Source: Hydrolagus colliei
Taxonomy: Eukaryota
Direction of reading: 5' to 3'
Assembly: GCA_035084275.1 (NCBI GenBank)
Contig: CM068745.1
Span: 53,072,001-53,136,000 of the forward strand
Length of the DNA stretch: 64,000 nucleotides
Part shown: piece by piece, positions 25,261 through 38,952 of the stretch
Layout of the letters: every line of letters starts with the position of its first letter
How positions within the stretch are numbered: the first letter of the stretch is position 1
Position numbers and translations under genes: made by a program
Notes under the pieces: generated by a model
What the model saw: only the letters and a program-made list of their open reading frames with translations
What the model was told of the DNA's origin: nothing
Database searches by the model: none

Positions 25261-27444
25261 AAAATACAATACAAATTTAGATTTGTAAAGGCCTTTCATG
25301 TCAGGAGGACGTTCCAAGGCGCTGAACATTAAGGAATTAGGACCCTGAGTGAGTCTGGGGTGGAGGGGCTTTAATCATAGCAAAAAATGGTTAAATTTGA
25401 TTTAGTTATTTATCCTTTTGTCATCTGACACTTGCTCAAAAGTATCCATACCAAACTGAGATTTCCATGCATTCCACATATATAGTACATGGAAATTCCA
25501 GAGACAGATTGTTGGAATAGAATGCACACCTGGAGGGCGCCTAATTCTGGATAGTCATCACTATAGTTGAATATCTGGCAAAACTTATTGTCTACAGACA
25601 CAGAATGGGCACTTCCAAACATTTCTGATTGATTCACAGAGATAGGGTTGGACATGGGGAGAGGGAAGTTGCCAAATATGTGTTCAACGAGAAACTTGAA
25701 ACTTGGGTGAGGTACTGAAGTGCAGTAGACACCTTTGGAATCCTAGCATGAGGACAGTTCAGGAAAATTGGAGGGGTAGAGACAGCAGAGGAATAACAAA
25801 TACAAAAGGTAATTGCAGGAATTCATGGATTATCCTCCCAACATGAAAGGCTCTCCAGAATTGTAATTTTGTTGTTGTTGTATCGATGGAACCAAACCAA
25901 CCCAATGAGCCAAAATGCAGTACCGCCAGATGTCAGCAAACTTACTGTACCCCAATAATATTTCTCAAAGAGTGAAAAAAGATGATATGTGAAATGTGCA
26001 TTGGACAGATGATTCCATTTGAGGTGCAGTCTCACTAGGTTGCACTGTTTAGGTCAAAAAGACTATTGAGCAAGTCCAAACTAACAGCTGCTGTAGCTTT
26101 TTTTTGTCAGAATGCGTATGTTTTAATTAGCTGTACATCTCATCAAATGCATTTGTGCTCCCCAGCAGAAGTGCTAGACCATCGCCCGACATGAATGATG
26201 TTGTAGTTAAGAGAAACAGAAGGCAGAACGTGTATGGGATATGTATCTGGGGATAGCAGGTTAAGGAGAAAAGGAGGTTGATTGTTTTAAACCAACATAC
26301 TGCTTAAACTAGAATGATGCTTACGTTCCCCCCCACTCAGATATTGATGTACATTATATGCCAATTTCTAAAATAGTGAGAATTGTGATATTTAATCTTT
26401 AACCTCACTAATGGAATAAACCATTCAAAGACAAGGAGACAATATAAATTTGACAAATAGATGTGATGAAAAGATGTTTTAAGCAATCGTTACATGATAT
26501 CAGGATCTAAAATATCATATTTGTAACAGGAAATTGTGACGACTGATAATGGGCAACCTTGTTATAACTTGGTCATATGGGTTCAAGTATCTTAGCAGTT
26601 CTAAGTGAAGCATAAAAGATATACTGATATCCGAGTCATCAGTCACTACTGATGTCACTGCCTGTTTTGAAATCAAGTTTCCAAATTAAAATTGAAATGA
26701 AAAATTATACAAATTTTGTGTAATAAATTATAAGACAAAACAGTTTTATAGGCTATGAGTAGCTAAAAGTTTGAGTTTGTGTGCTTTAATCCTGAATGGC
26801 TGAGTATTGCACTAGCATTATATTACTGGGCTCTAGGAGGAACCATATTCAATTGGTGGTGGGATTTTTATTGTAAAATTTTGCAGAGGCATTGGCATTC
26901 ATTTTGGCAATGACAGGTGATTGGACTGAGCTACCCATCTTAATAATATAAAGCTGGAAGCTTTAAGACAGAGGGTGCTGTGTGTGCATCTGTGCAATTT
27001 GCAGACACAATACATCTGTATACAAGTGCACTGTCTTGGAGGAGTTAATGAGCACGATGGTGGCAAGACGGTGAATTAACAGCAGCAGAGATAATCCAGC
27101 CGTGATTCAACAATTGAATTATTTAAAATGGGTGTTAATTGGGATCCTTTTCACTGTTGGCCTCAGCAATTCCTTGGAGTCAGTTCTTCCAACGTTAACT
27201 TCAGTGCTCATTATTTAAACAAATATAATCAAAAACAATCACAGGAGAGAAAAAGGGTGTATAATAACGATATGCATTGAACTATCTAAAAAAGATATCT
27301 GGTCTTGATAGAGAGGAGGTGCAGACATTTTTATAAGATTTGCAGACGAGATGCTCGTTACTGGCAACTGAAAGAAATATATCTTGTGATGAAATTAATG
27401 ATTTTGGAGAATGATTAACAGGATCAAGACCTGAGATTGTTCCC

Positions 27445-27537
27445 CTTTTGCCCAAGCTCTGCTCCAGTATTTACATAAGCTTAAAGCTCAGTGTGCTCGG
27501 GACGGCAAATGCTTCTCGAAGTAGAATATCCATTTCC
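27445..27537 (+). repeat. ~95-bp local direct repeat, copy 1
   Basis: cttttgcccaagctc...cttaaagctcagtgtgctcgggacggcaaat...gtagaatatccatttcc recurs at 28301-28395. Confidence 0.85.
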
Positions 27538-28300
27538 GCTTTATTTTGGGCAAGTAAATAACCCACGACAGGCAGCTTCATTAGACAATTGGCATGTATT
27601 TTACTGTTCAAATGGCAGGCTTTTACCAGAGGGCTCACACTGACCTCAGATCAATTACAGTTGACATCAGTGTTTGTTGTGAACTTCTCTAGGATGTAAC
27701 AGAGGAGAGTGGCTGGCTCTAGCTGCACAGAAAATGCAATTTCCCTCCTTTTTTGCTTTCAGACTACAAACTATAAATCATTCTGTTGAAGAGATAATGA
27801 AGCGCCAAACGGATGCAGCTTTAATTCTTGTCAGGGGAAATCTTCAATATTTGCTGAAATAATGTGATGGGAGAAGGCCAAAGGGTATGGGTTAGAAAAA
27901 CTGCCCTGATTGGAGGCTTCAATATCTAGAAAATGATGGATGGCACGAGGCTGTTTGAGGGGAAAAAGAAATAAAGAAAGTAGAAAGAATTTAATTGATT
28001 TGTTTCTGTGTAACAGGAGCAAGATATGTTTGTTCAAAGCTGTCTGGGGTCTGCTGGTTAATTCAGTGAAGGTACAGCCATGCTTACTCAGTAAATGGAA
28101 TACCAAACAAAGATTTATTTGCTTAGAAAATTGTTCAGCAGTGTGGAGACTTTTACCGTAATGCTGAAAAATAAAAAAATTGCTACAAGCAATACAACAA
28201 AAACGACTTGCACTTAAAAACGCCCTCATGCAGGGTAGCGTCTCAGAGCACTTAATATACAATAATACAAGATTGCTGACTAGAAGAGGTAAAATATTCA

Positions 28301-28395
28301 CTTTTGCCCAAGCTCGACTTTGATATTTACTTTATCTTAAAGCTCAGTGTGCTTGGGACAGCAAATCTTCTTCTTGGAGTAGAATATCCATTTCC
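28301..28395 (+). repeat. ~95-bp local direct repeat, copy 2
   Basis: cttttgcccaagctc...cttaaagctcagtgtgcttgggacagcaaat...gtagaatatccatttcc. Confidence 0.85.
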
Positions 28396-28639
28396 CTGCT
28401 TAGCACATCTGCCCAGTGTACACATTGTCAGGAATAAGGAATAATAATAATAAGCCTTGATTTGCTGCAGCACCTTATCGCTTCTTAGAGACATCACTAA
28501 ATATATTCCAATGGAATGACAGCGAATGTGTATTTTTGCGGGGCGGAAACATGGCAGCTAATTGCACACGCCATAAATGAGTGAAGCTGGCAAATAGAAT
28601 CTGCCTAGACCTAAGTGTACACCTAAGGTTATTAAATGT

Positions 28640-29040
28640 ACATCGGCTTCAAGATCCTCATCCTTGTCTTCAAATCCCTCCACTCCTCTGCACCCGCCTA
28701 CCTCTCTGGTCTCCTCTCTCCTCAAACCAGCACTCGTTGCCTTCGCTCCACTGGGTCTGGCCTCCTCCATGTCTCCCGAATCCTACGCTCCACCCTCGGC
28801 GGCTGTGCCTTCAGCCACTATGCCCCGAGGCTCTGGAATTCCCTTACTCACTACCTTTGCCTCGCCCCCTCTTTTCTCAGCTTCAGATCCTAGCTGCAGA
28901 CCATTCTCTTCAACCGCGCCTTTGGTCACCTTTCTACCCGTGCCCCTGGCTCGGTCCCGGGATCCACTATTGTGAAGCGCTCTGAGACGCCGTCTGGTGT
29001 GGAGGGCACTATATAAATCGAAGTTGTTGTTGTTGTTATT
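28640..29040 (+). mobile_element. L2 LINE 3' fragment
   Basis: IGFKILILVFKSLHSSAPAYLSGLL...GGCAFSHYAPRLWNSL, followed by a (TTG)n tail. Confidence 0.9.
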
Positions 29041-30619
29041 AGAATTCATGCTATAGATTGGTCCATATTTCTGGTCAATTCCGCTTGTACACCACTTTCA
29101 TGGTAATTTTATATACACCCTCACATTTAAAGAATGGCACCACTACTAGGTGTTTAAAAATAAATCACTGAAGAATCTTAAATACTATATAAGTCATCTT
29201 GAAAAATAACTGTTGTTTCTTTTTCATTGCAAGTTTCCTTTTTATTGAATTTTCCCTGAATGGAAAAAGTGCAGTGAAAACAGGAGACATAACTTACATA
29301 ACACATAAATTCTATAGTGAAGAAATTGAAATGAAGTTGCAGCAGTGCAGTTACCTGGTGAACACAGGACTACACTGCAAAAGAATGAAAAAAGCTGAGA
29401 GATGTTGATGATCAAGAACCAGCTTTGTATCTATTGGGATCTAATTTGAGGGATCCACATGGATTGCAAATAGTGAATTTTAGATCTGTGATGGCTATCG
29501 TTTTGAATTCCAACTGGATGATCTGCAACAGTTTCAGCATCAGAAGAGAATATGAGAGGCTCGGCCTCACACCTCCAGGGTTTGCTATTTGCAAATTATT
29601 TTGCAAATCTCACAAACTAGATCTCATAATGCTTAAGAAAATCATCGAAAGGCCCTCATTCTATTATCATGCAGGATTTCAGGGATGAATAGCTGACAAA
29701 CTCACAGTGAGTTAGATACAGACTTGAACCTTTAATGAAACTCCATGACCCTGATGTTGGCTGTTTCCTAAATGTCATTCATTGGCATATATTTTTCTGC
29801 GCTGCTGGTTTTATTAGTAAAAAAAACTAAGTATGTTGAAAACTTTCACTTATCATTAACTCAAAACATTTGGTGAGAATATACCGTGAGTAAAAGTAAT
29901 ATTTGGTATTTTATAACCTCGGACAAATATTTGAACAATTGTTATATCCTGGATTTGGCATGAACCTCAATTGTGTAAAAACAATGCAATCAAAATTCTG
30001 ATAGCTCAGCTGTACAAGGGTAAAGTGCCATTTTTGTGTGTATGTGTCATGCAATTGTATTTGTCATGCAGTTACTTCCATTCAAAGTATAACCTTGACT
30101 GCATTTAGCACACAGCAAATGGTTGGCTGCTACACCAATCGGGATGTTAAGTCCACCACACCATTGGAGTCAGACTTGCAGCCTTTCTGCCCCTACTTTC
30201 AGGAAATCCATCTTGGGTCCTTCTGACTCACTCCCCACCCCTTACTCCTTTCAAGGTCCATCTCAAGACCTTTCTCTCTGGTGACCCTTCAGTCATTTTT
30301 CAATTTCTCATTCCCGAGCTCTGCCACATTTCCCCAGATTAAAAATGTCATGGAAAATCAACCCCAATGTGCTCATCCGCTCAACAACATCCAACCACTT
30401 TGAGTTGTTGATAATGGAGAGAGAAAAAATGATAATGATACCTTATATTTAATATAGTGCCTTATCACATCTTCTAGATGTCTCAAAGTAAATTGACTAT
30501 ACATGTGGGCGAAACGCGGCAGCCAGTTGCGGACAGGAATGTGCCACAAACAGTCATAGATTGAAATGGCTAACTTGTTAGGGAAAAGCTGTTTCTGCTG
30601 GTAGGTGTGTTAAGATATC

Positions 30620-30898
30620 TACCAAAAGAAGCAGAGGGGAGGTTAGAATAATTTTTTTTACTCAGCGAGTTGTTCGAATTTGGAATGATCTGCCTGAAAG
30701 GGTAGTGAGGTCCGATTCGATAGCAGCTTTTAAGAGAGAACTAGATAGGTATCTGGGGAAGACGGGTTTGCAGGGTTATGGGGAGAAAGCTGGTGATTGG
30801 GGTTAGTGAAAGCGACTTGCTCGGTCAAAGAGCCGACATAGATTATTAGATGGGCCGAATGGCCTCCTTCTGTGCCGAAACATTGTATGATTCTATGA
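30620..30898 (+). mobile_element. CR1 LINE extreme 3' fragment
   Basis: FFTQRVVRIWNDLPERVV..FKRELDRYL..GYGEKAGDWG*, then gatgggccgaatggcctccttctgtg...tgtatgattctatga. Confidence 0.9.
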
Positions 30899-33274
30899 CT
30901 AATCCTTGTACTTGATACAGCACCCTGTGACCTCGTTGAGGCATCTCAAAGCACTTCACAGAATATACCATCAATTTAGTCGCTGGAGTGAAGCATTAAT
31001 CAACACAGGTGTGAGATGTACATCTCACTGAGCACTATCCCACACATCAGCCCCATAACATTCTAGGGAGGGACTGAAGGGTGCTTTGCAACAGAACTAA
31101 ACTGATTAAAACGCACAGGACAATAATCAGCCTTGGATTTGACACAACGCCTCATTTGGTTGTTGCTAAGATCTGGGCCACTATCCTAAGGGCCACGTCT
31201 CAAGGGCCACGTCGCTAAGCACATTGGCCTGAAGTCGAGACGATCAGCGCCGTCCTCACTAATTTTAACTTTAATATAATTTCTTAATTCTTATAAATGT
31301 CACATTAAAATGTTGTTGTTGTTGCAAGTTGTTATTGTTGTATTGCTATTCTGGTTGACTAGGATAAAAGGGCTATTAATATGTGGGACAATACTATTGC
31401 CTATACTATATAATAAATAATAATACTTTATATAATGTTTAATATAACCACTTAACATGTTGTCGAGATGTTTCAAACTGCTTCACAGAATATACTCTAA
31501 AGTTGCTTGACTGTGTATTTTATTGGTGAAATGTGGCACCCAGTTTTGCACACAGCAATTTTGCACACTGCATGGAGTGAGTGACCAGTTTTACTTGGAG
31601 AACTGGGAATTGTTGGTGGCACGGGTTACTGAGGGAATTAGGAATTGTTGGGGTTGGGGGGGGGCTAATCGTTTCAAGTTGCTCCACATACAGTATAAAA
31701 TACCATATATACATGGCATGTATATATGATTTTATCTTCTAACTTAGGGAACAATATGCAGATAGTAAAGTGACCCTTTACTGCCTGGTGTAAGATTGTG
31801 AGTGTGACATTTATTTTAGGAATATGGTAATTTGAAGGATTTATTTTTATTTATAATGTCGCTATAAAGCTTTTTTTTCTCATGTCAACAATATTGACAA
31901 TTAATTCTCTGATACAAGTGTTCTAACCTGCTCCTGAATCTAGCACCTCTGTTACAGCACCAGGGTGGTTTCGAGTGGGTTAGATGTGGGTTACAGTAGT
32001 CGCAGAAGGGAGTTGTTCAGCTGCATGTCTCAGTCTGCTTTTATGTACAATCCTGGCTGTGTGTGGTACCATTGCTGTTCCATTAACATTATTTTTAAAG
32101 TCTGATCTAGCAGGTCTTTAGTGACAGGATTACACTATTAGTAATCTACCACCAATATTCCGGCAAATAAAATATCTAATCACATTGTCTTAAATATGTA
32201 GCTTTTTAAGAAAAACAATCTACTGTCTTTGATATAGTAATGGATTTCCTTTTGTTTGTTCTTGTAATCCAGATCAGCTTCTGTTTAATAACTTACAGAA
32301 AAGTGGAACAGACTCTCTTTACAACACCTCCCCAAGATTAACATCATTTTCCCCAGGGTGCTAGAAAAGACTTTACACTCCCCAAGCTGTGTGTTCAGAG
32401 CTCTTTAGTATTGCAAGCACACACAGCAAAGCTTGCATTCATTTTCACTCTTTCAAATTTGACTCTCAGGTTTCACAACATTTCCTCAGGGTACACTCAC
32501 TGAGTTGCATAAAATCTCCTGATGCCTACATGTAGGAGTTAAAGGCCGATTTGCCCCAGCTTCCTTTATAATCCCACACGTCTATTAAAACAACAGATCA
32601 GAAAGTAAACGAGATTCTGCCAAATTGTTTTCCTCAACTTCAGGAGTAAAGGCAGACCACATAAATTTATTGGATTTATATCAAAATGCAAGGACTTTCT
32701 TACTTTATTACTGTCGCTGAAGTGCCCTGAGTACTGTGATTAAAACAAAATTGACAGCGATTTGAAATTATCCTGCAGAATTCTGTTACGTTTTTATAAG
32801 ACAGAAAAAAAAGTATTTGATCAAATTTATCTCAGGAAATTGCATAGAATTGTTGTTTCCAAATCGCATATGAAACCCACGGGATCCAGAGAGTTCTGTA
32901 TTTGGATTAGGATATGCTGCAAAGAAGAATGATAAAGAGATAAATGGATACTCTGAAATAAATACAAGGCAGAAACCTAATGAGATCCTTTGCTACCAGA
33001 GCTGTTGGAGTCTGAGATTAGAAGAATGGTTTGACATTATTCAAAAGTGCTTTCTTTTTGATAACATAAGGGGAATAAAATACAGTACATGATATGCTAA
33101 TATCTGGTTTTGCCATCCAGGCCTTTATTGCTGACTTGTTATAAAGTTTGCAAGAACACTTTTAATTGCAACAATAATTTTGTCAGCAAATTGTAAGGAA
33201 GCAGAGTTGAATTGCTATCCTCCCATGATTGGGAATATGACACTGATACTTGCTCAGAAAAATAGCAAATATAT

Positions 33275-33595
33275 AATTCTTGGATTTGGGTATAATATTT
33301 TCCACGTGGGAGGATGTCCCAAAGTACTTTACAGGATTTACAATGAAATTAAGTCACTGATCAATTGTAGGCGAATGCAGCAGAGCAGTTGTGCACAGCA
33401 ATGTCCCGTAAACAGTTGTGAAATTAATTACTAAATTTATTCGGGGGATTGTTGGCCAGTACACTGGAAGAAACTCTTTTCAAATGGTGCCTTGGGATCT
33501 TTAACTTCCACCCCAACAGGTAGGTGAGAACTTGGTTTAACGTCTTATCTAAAAGATGGCACCTCTGACAAAGAGTACCACTGACTGAGCCAGAC
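33275..33595 (-). mobile_element. SINE (Deu-type core)
   Basis: ttgggatctttaacttccacc...ttggtttaacgtcttatctaaaagatggcacctctgac...taccactgactgagcc. Confidence 0.72.
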
Positions 33596-34707
33596 AGATA
33601 TACACACACACACACACAGTAAGCAAGAATCGGGGCCTGAATTTCTGTGAATTCTGAAAGGGCTGGTGGAAGAAGGGGTTGGGGAGTGGGTGGGGTCATT
33701 GTCAGATGACAGACTTGCCATTACAGACATGTTAACAAGACAATGACATATTTTGTCCGTTCATATAAATCATTTCTCTCCCACGCCTTCTGTACACGTT
33801 TTAGTTTTGTTGGATGGTTATTAATGTGCTATGCTATGCAACAAGGGAAGATAATTATTTCTCCCCACATATATACTCCCCATATACCCCCCGTAAATTT
33901 AGTTCACTAATTTGATGGAACAATTTATTTTTGGTGGTGGTGGGGAGTTTTTAGTTTGGCAAACATGTGGCACAGCCTCTGATGGCCAATTCACGTGAAG
34001 GGATTGTGATCCAAGCATTACTACTTTATTGAGGGGAAATTTACAGTGGATTAGCTGGAAACGTGGTTACTGTATAATTTAATACTTGTTCTTCATGCTC
34101 TCTTTGGTGTTTTGCTGTTCCACAAATGGTACCCAGACACTTTGTGTTTGTGCTGCCAACTGTTCAAGCTTTCCATGGGAACTGCTTTTGAAATTAATCG
34201 ACAGGCTCATACCAAGTGCGTACATAAACATGCAATGATGTATAGGAGAATGTGCCAAACTATGGTTCATGTTTGAAACCTCAGAAGCTTTTTTCCCAAC
34301 AAATTTAGAAACTGAATTGCAGGGGAGGGGAACGGCTAAGTGAGAAGAGAGAAAACCCAGCAGCTGTATTTCAGCTTGAACATTATAGGTACAGTAGGTA
34401 CTGTACAATGTTCAAATTCTCCTTCATACATAATGTAATTTCTGTTCTTGATTATCACTTCTGGAAAATTGGACAAAACTTTCTATTCGTAATATAACTG
34501 TTATCTTCTGTGGTGTTGGCAAGGATTGTGAGTGTTTCTTGGAACAAAGGTACAAAATACTGTTCTAATGAAACTATGAACTAAAAGGGAGAGGTTCCTG
34601 TATACTTTCCGTAGGTACTGTACATCGTGCATGATACGGATGAGATTACCTTTGTTCTGTTGTTGAGATGCTTCTCTACATTAAGGTTTTTAAACATTGA
34701 TACTGCT

Positions 34708-35372
34708 GCTTTATCCTTTCTATCCCACATCCGTGGCATGAACTGTTCTGCCTTCCCCGAACTCCGCAAAATCGCCCGCCTCCGGTACTGCCTCACACTG
34801 CTTGCCAAAACCCTTATATACATATTCATCCAGGCTTGACTATGCAAACTCCTTACTTGTCAATCTCCCCAACGCTTCTCTCCATAGGCTACAAATCGTC
34901 CAGAACTCTGCAGTCCATGTGCTCTCCCGCACAAGGCTCACCTAACTCCACTGCCTTCCCATTACACAGAGTATACATTTCAAGATTCTGGTGCTCACCT
35001 TCAAATCCCTCATGGTCTTGCTACTACCTCTGCGATAACAACAACAATTTGCACTTAATACAGTGCCCTCTATGCAGGGTAGTGTCGCAGAGCACATAAC
35101 AATGGTTGGCAGGACATCAGTAGCTCTGCCCCCATCCTCTGGAACTCCCTCGTGCAGCCCCTATTTTATAGGGGCTGCACGAGTTTGCTCACCCGTTTGC
35201 TCACCTCTTTTAAGACCAATCTCAAGACCCTCCTCTTCAACCGTGCCTCTAGTCACCCTCCTGACCTCCATCCTCCCCGATCCTGATCCCCCAGCTTGGG
35301 TCCAAAACACTGACTGTCCAGCACCTTGGGATATCCTCCCAATGTGGAAGGTGCTGTGCAAATGTATTTTTG
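34708..35372 (+). mobile_element. Decayed L2 3' fragment with a short reverse L2-tail insertion
   Basis: LSFLSHIR..ELRKIARLR..FIQA, L2 3' UTR ending gcaccttgggatatcctcccaatgtggaaggtgctg. aacaacaacaatttgcac insert near 35037. Confidence 0.8.
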
Positions 35373-36263
35373 TTAGAGCTATACTATATACTGTACTGGA
35401 ATTTCACATGTAGATGGGATACATGGAACTCGGTTTGGTTCGGGTGTTCTTAAGTTGGTGTTGTTTAGTGTTCGTCGCTTTTGACATTGGTATATCTCCA
35501 ACCTGAAAGAATCACTGACCATATACCTTCTGAACTTAGAAAACACCACATATAGTGGTGATTTCTAAGTTCAGAAGAAACCAAAACAGCCAATCTGTGC
35601 AGCCTAGTTCTTGATACTGTGCACACCGTAGGGTGCATGCGTACAGGGTCAAGAGGTGTTGAACTTCTGTCAGAAGTACATAAAGCGATTGCAATGCACG
35701 GCATGATGGCGTGATGGGCAGTAGTTCTGGGGCACAGTCACAGCTCCAACTGTTCTACTCCATTATTAGCCTGACTGCCTGGGCAAGTCTGACTGGAGGT
35801 AGAAGAGTTGAATAATAGCGCAAAGAACAATTTGAATTATTGCCACTACGATTGGCATTCGTCTTTAGCTTGTCTGCACAATTGGATTTCAAACATCCAT
35901 CTGGTGCACAGCAGTGTAAACAGTGCAGACCTTGGATTAGTACTCATTTAAATGGACTGGAGTACTGCCAGGTCCCAAATGTTGTATTTGTTTGCATCAA
36001 TTAGAGTATAAAATAACAAGCTCAAAGCTTGTACTTTTAACTTATCTTGCCCTGCTGATTGTTCAAAGTAAATCAAATATTCTTAGATAAAATGACTAGA
36101 GGTTTCATATCCTTTATATAGTCATATTACTGCCCAGCTTTTGTTTCAGAACCAATCTAAATGGAATTAACTATGGTGGATTATATAACCCTTCCATCAG
36201 TTATATTGCTACTAAAGTACACTGATCTAACTATAGGTTTCTTAGTGATATACTGTATATATA

Positions 36264-36473
36264 CAGTAAAAGCCTGTTTATCCGTGACCCGATCAACCAT
36301 AACTTCCGTGTAACCAGCACCTCAAAAAAAAAGGTCCCCATTCGTTTAACCGGAATCTATCAGGCACAATGTATTATTTACTTGTTAAAATATTTTTTTG
36401 TGTGTGTTTTCAGCCGAATATCCGGCACGCATTGGCCAGTTCCCAAGGGTGCTGGATAAACAGACTTTTATTG
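36264..36473. mobile_element. Tigger-type MITE, CAGTAAAAGCCC family, copy B (inverted relative to A)
   Basis: TIRs cagtaaaagcctgtttatcc / ggataaacagacttttattg in TA context. Confidence 0.85.
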
Positions 36474-38719
36474 TATATATATATATATATAATTCTTACA
36501 TTTCATATTGTGTATTTCATGTCAAAGCACTTTGTAGGATTAACTATCGTGTACTGGTTGTATTTTGCTGCCAAACGTGTAACACTGTTGTGCATTACAC
36601 TGTACCCAGAGTGATGCTAGATTTGTATCTTCCCATTTGTGTACGAGAAGTCACAAATCTATCTCCAGAGCATCCCTAGAGGAGCAAACAGGTGTGAGCT
36701 GGTGTGAGTTGCACCACAGACATTATGTGTGCAATGTAAACATTTTTTACCAGAGAAACCCTGTCTGAAATGTAAATAGATACTTGTTGTTAGTTTGTAG
36801 TAATTCCTCAATCAGGAATCCCATTAGAATTCCCATCAACCCACATGACTCCACTTTGGTGTTTCATAAGCAGAGCTGATTGAAATGGAGTTCCTGTGAA
36901 TCAGTGTGATGAACATAAGGTTACCGGATAGAGTTCCTATTTGTGCAACTTGAATTTCTTATGAAGGAATCTTATTACGAAATACCACAAATTAGGCCCC
37001 AATGGTTTTAAGATAGATGAATTTAGTAGCTTTAACTTTTAGTACTTTTTTTCCACATTGCTGCTTGCATAAGTTGCACAAAAGGCCTAGAACCTTATTA
37101 AAGAAGTAGGATAGCAATCTCTAATCAGAGGGCAGAGATAATTCAACTGATTTTAATTTTTTCAGTTGTTGAATACAAAATAAAAGCCACATGCAACAAG
37201 TAATTACTTGGCATCCTTCCACAGTACAGCAAACATAACATATTATTAGTATTTATAATAATACAATCTGCCCTCCCTGAGTTGTTACTCTCACGATAGA
37301 AGAAACAGTCGTTTTCTTCAAAATATCATTGATGAATGTCCGAACAAAGCTGTTTGGAGACGGTCAGATTATTTTCTTACTGAGGTGTCTTGAAAGTTTA
37401 ATTTTCCAAGACAAAGGCATGGTGGCATCCAATGAATGTGTTGGTACAGGGATATTTAATGTGGAAAATAAAATCACAGTTGACAATTGCAAATAAATAC
37501 CAACCAACGTAGTAATAAAATCAATAAACACTTTTTGCCTTGGAGACACTATTTAATGTTAGCAATACCATTTTCTTAAAACGATGGCAATTATGCCTGC
37601 AGAAACCCTGTAAGTACTACTTTTTGTACTTGAACTAAACACGCAATCTTGGAGCTGTATATAAGAAAATCTTCTTTTTATTCCCAAGCCTGTCAAGACT
37701 ATTTAGTTGAGCTGTGGCATCTGTATAGTCTTTGGTAATGGGTTGTAGCTGTATTTGTCTTGCCTCTAGACATGTTCTTTACAAACAATACAGTTCCTTT
37801 TTAAGTATTTCATGCATGTAGGAGGCTTAGATACCATTTGTCACTTTATTTCAAGATTGTGCTTTGTATACAGGTCAGTTTGTAAAGCACTGCGAGCTCG
37901 TACATAATAGAGTTCTGTCAGAATATTGAAGTGGTAGCAAAGAGGTTTAACAGGGAATGTTTGGTTTCGCTCTTGGTCCAGCCTGCCGTGCCTGCTGTTT
38001 ACAAAACACTTTGCAGAAAGAAACAAGCTTCAGTTTATTACAGAAAAAAATATTTTCTCCTCTAACAAGGTTTGAAGAAACCTTATTATTGAGAGACAAT
38101 CAAAAACAACAACAAAATTACATTTATAGAGCGCCTTTCACATCGGGAGAACATGAAAAAGACTGACTGACAATGATGTATTGACTATTCTGAAACTACT
38201 CTGCTCTAGTCCAGTAAAAATGAGCCTATCTCTTAATTCCTAGTTGCAGTGTAAAAAGGGCAGTTGCTTTCATAATGCAGTTAAGTAAATGCACATAAAT
38301 GTAAACCTATAATTTTGATGGCAGTCTGATTCCTATTTATGTGACTAGTGAAATGCAATTGAAATGCATAATCATGTCAAAATTTTTGTCAAACTGGGAC
38401 ATTCTAGTCAAGTCACTGCTCTCTTGTAAAAAAAAGAAATGCTTTTCAACATTAAAGGGCTAAAGTGCTCGTCAGCCAAAGTACAGGTTAAGTGGCATCT
38501 CAGTGCCAAAGAAAGCACCTTGGAACGTCAAGTGTGTTTTCTGTAGAAACCCCATGTGCAATACACATACTTGGAAGACCTAAGTTCTGATCATAGTTCA
38601 GATCTGAAGATATCTTGAGAGCTCTCATAAGTCAGGGTAACAACGTATATGGGGTACTTTGGACAGGAGCCATATTACATCCCAAAGCATTTTTGCTGGT
38701 GTGCCGATGAGTACATTTT

Positions 38720-38952
38720 GTGGAGTCCTGTAGCTCAGTTTCTTTACTCCACATGCATAACATTAATCGCTCAAAGAAAAAAAATTGGTCACTTCCATCC
38801 ATGACTGTTTATGGGACACTGCTGTGCACAATTGGCTCCGTGTTTCGTCCACAAATATAGTCAATTAACTTTACAGTATATTCTGTAAAGTGCTTTGAGA
38901 TGTCTAAAAAATGTGAAAAGCGCCGTGTCAAATCCAAGGATTATTATTATTA
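38720..38952 (+). mobile_element. tRNA-SINE, internally deleted
   Basis: gtggagtcctgtagctcagt head plus 23231-family tail ending aatccaaggattattattatt. Confidence 0.75.

Noticed and set aside
27831-28301. 156-aa minus-strand ORF
   Set aside because: No recognisable domain, non-ATG start, antisense to DACH1. Likely a chance frame in a non-coding block.
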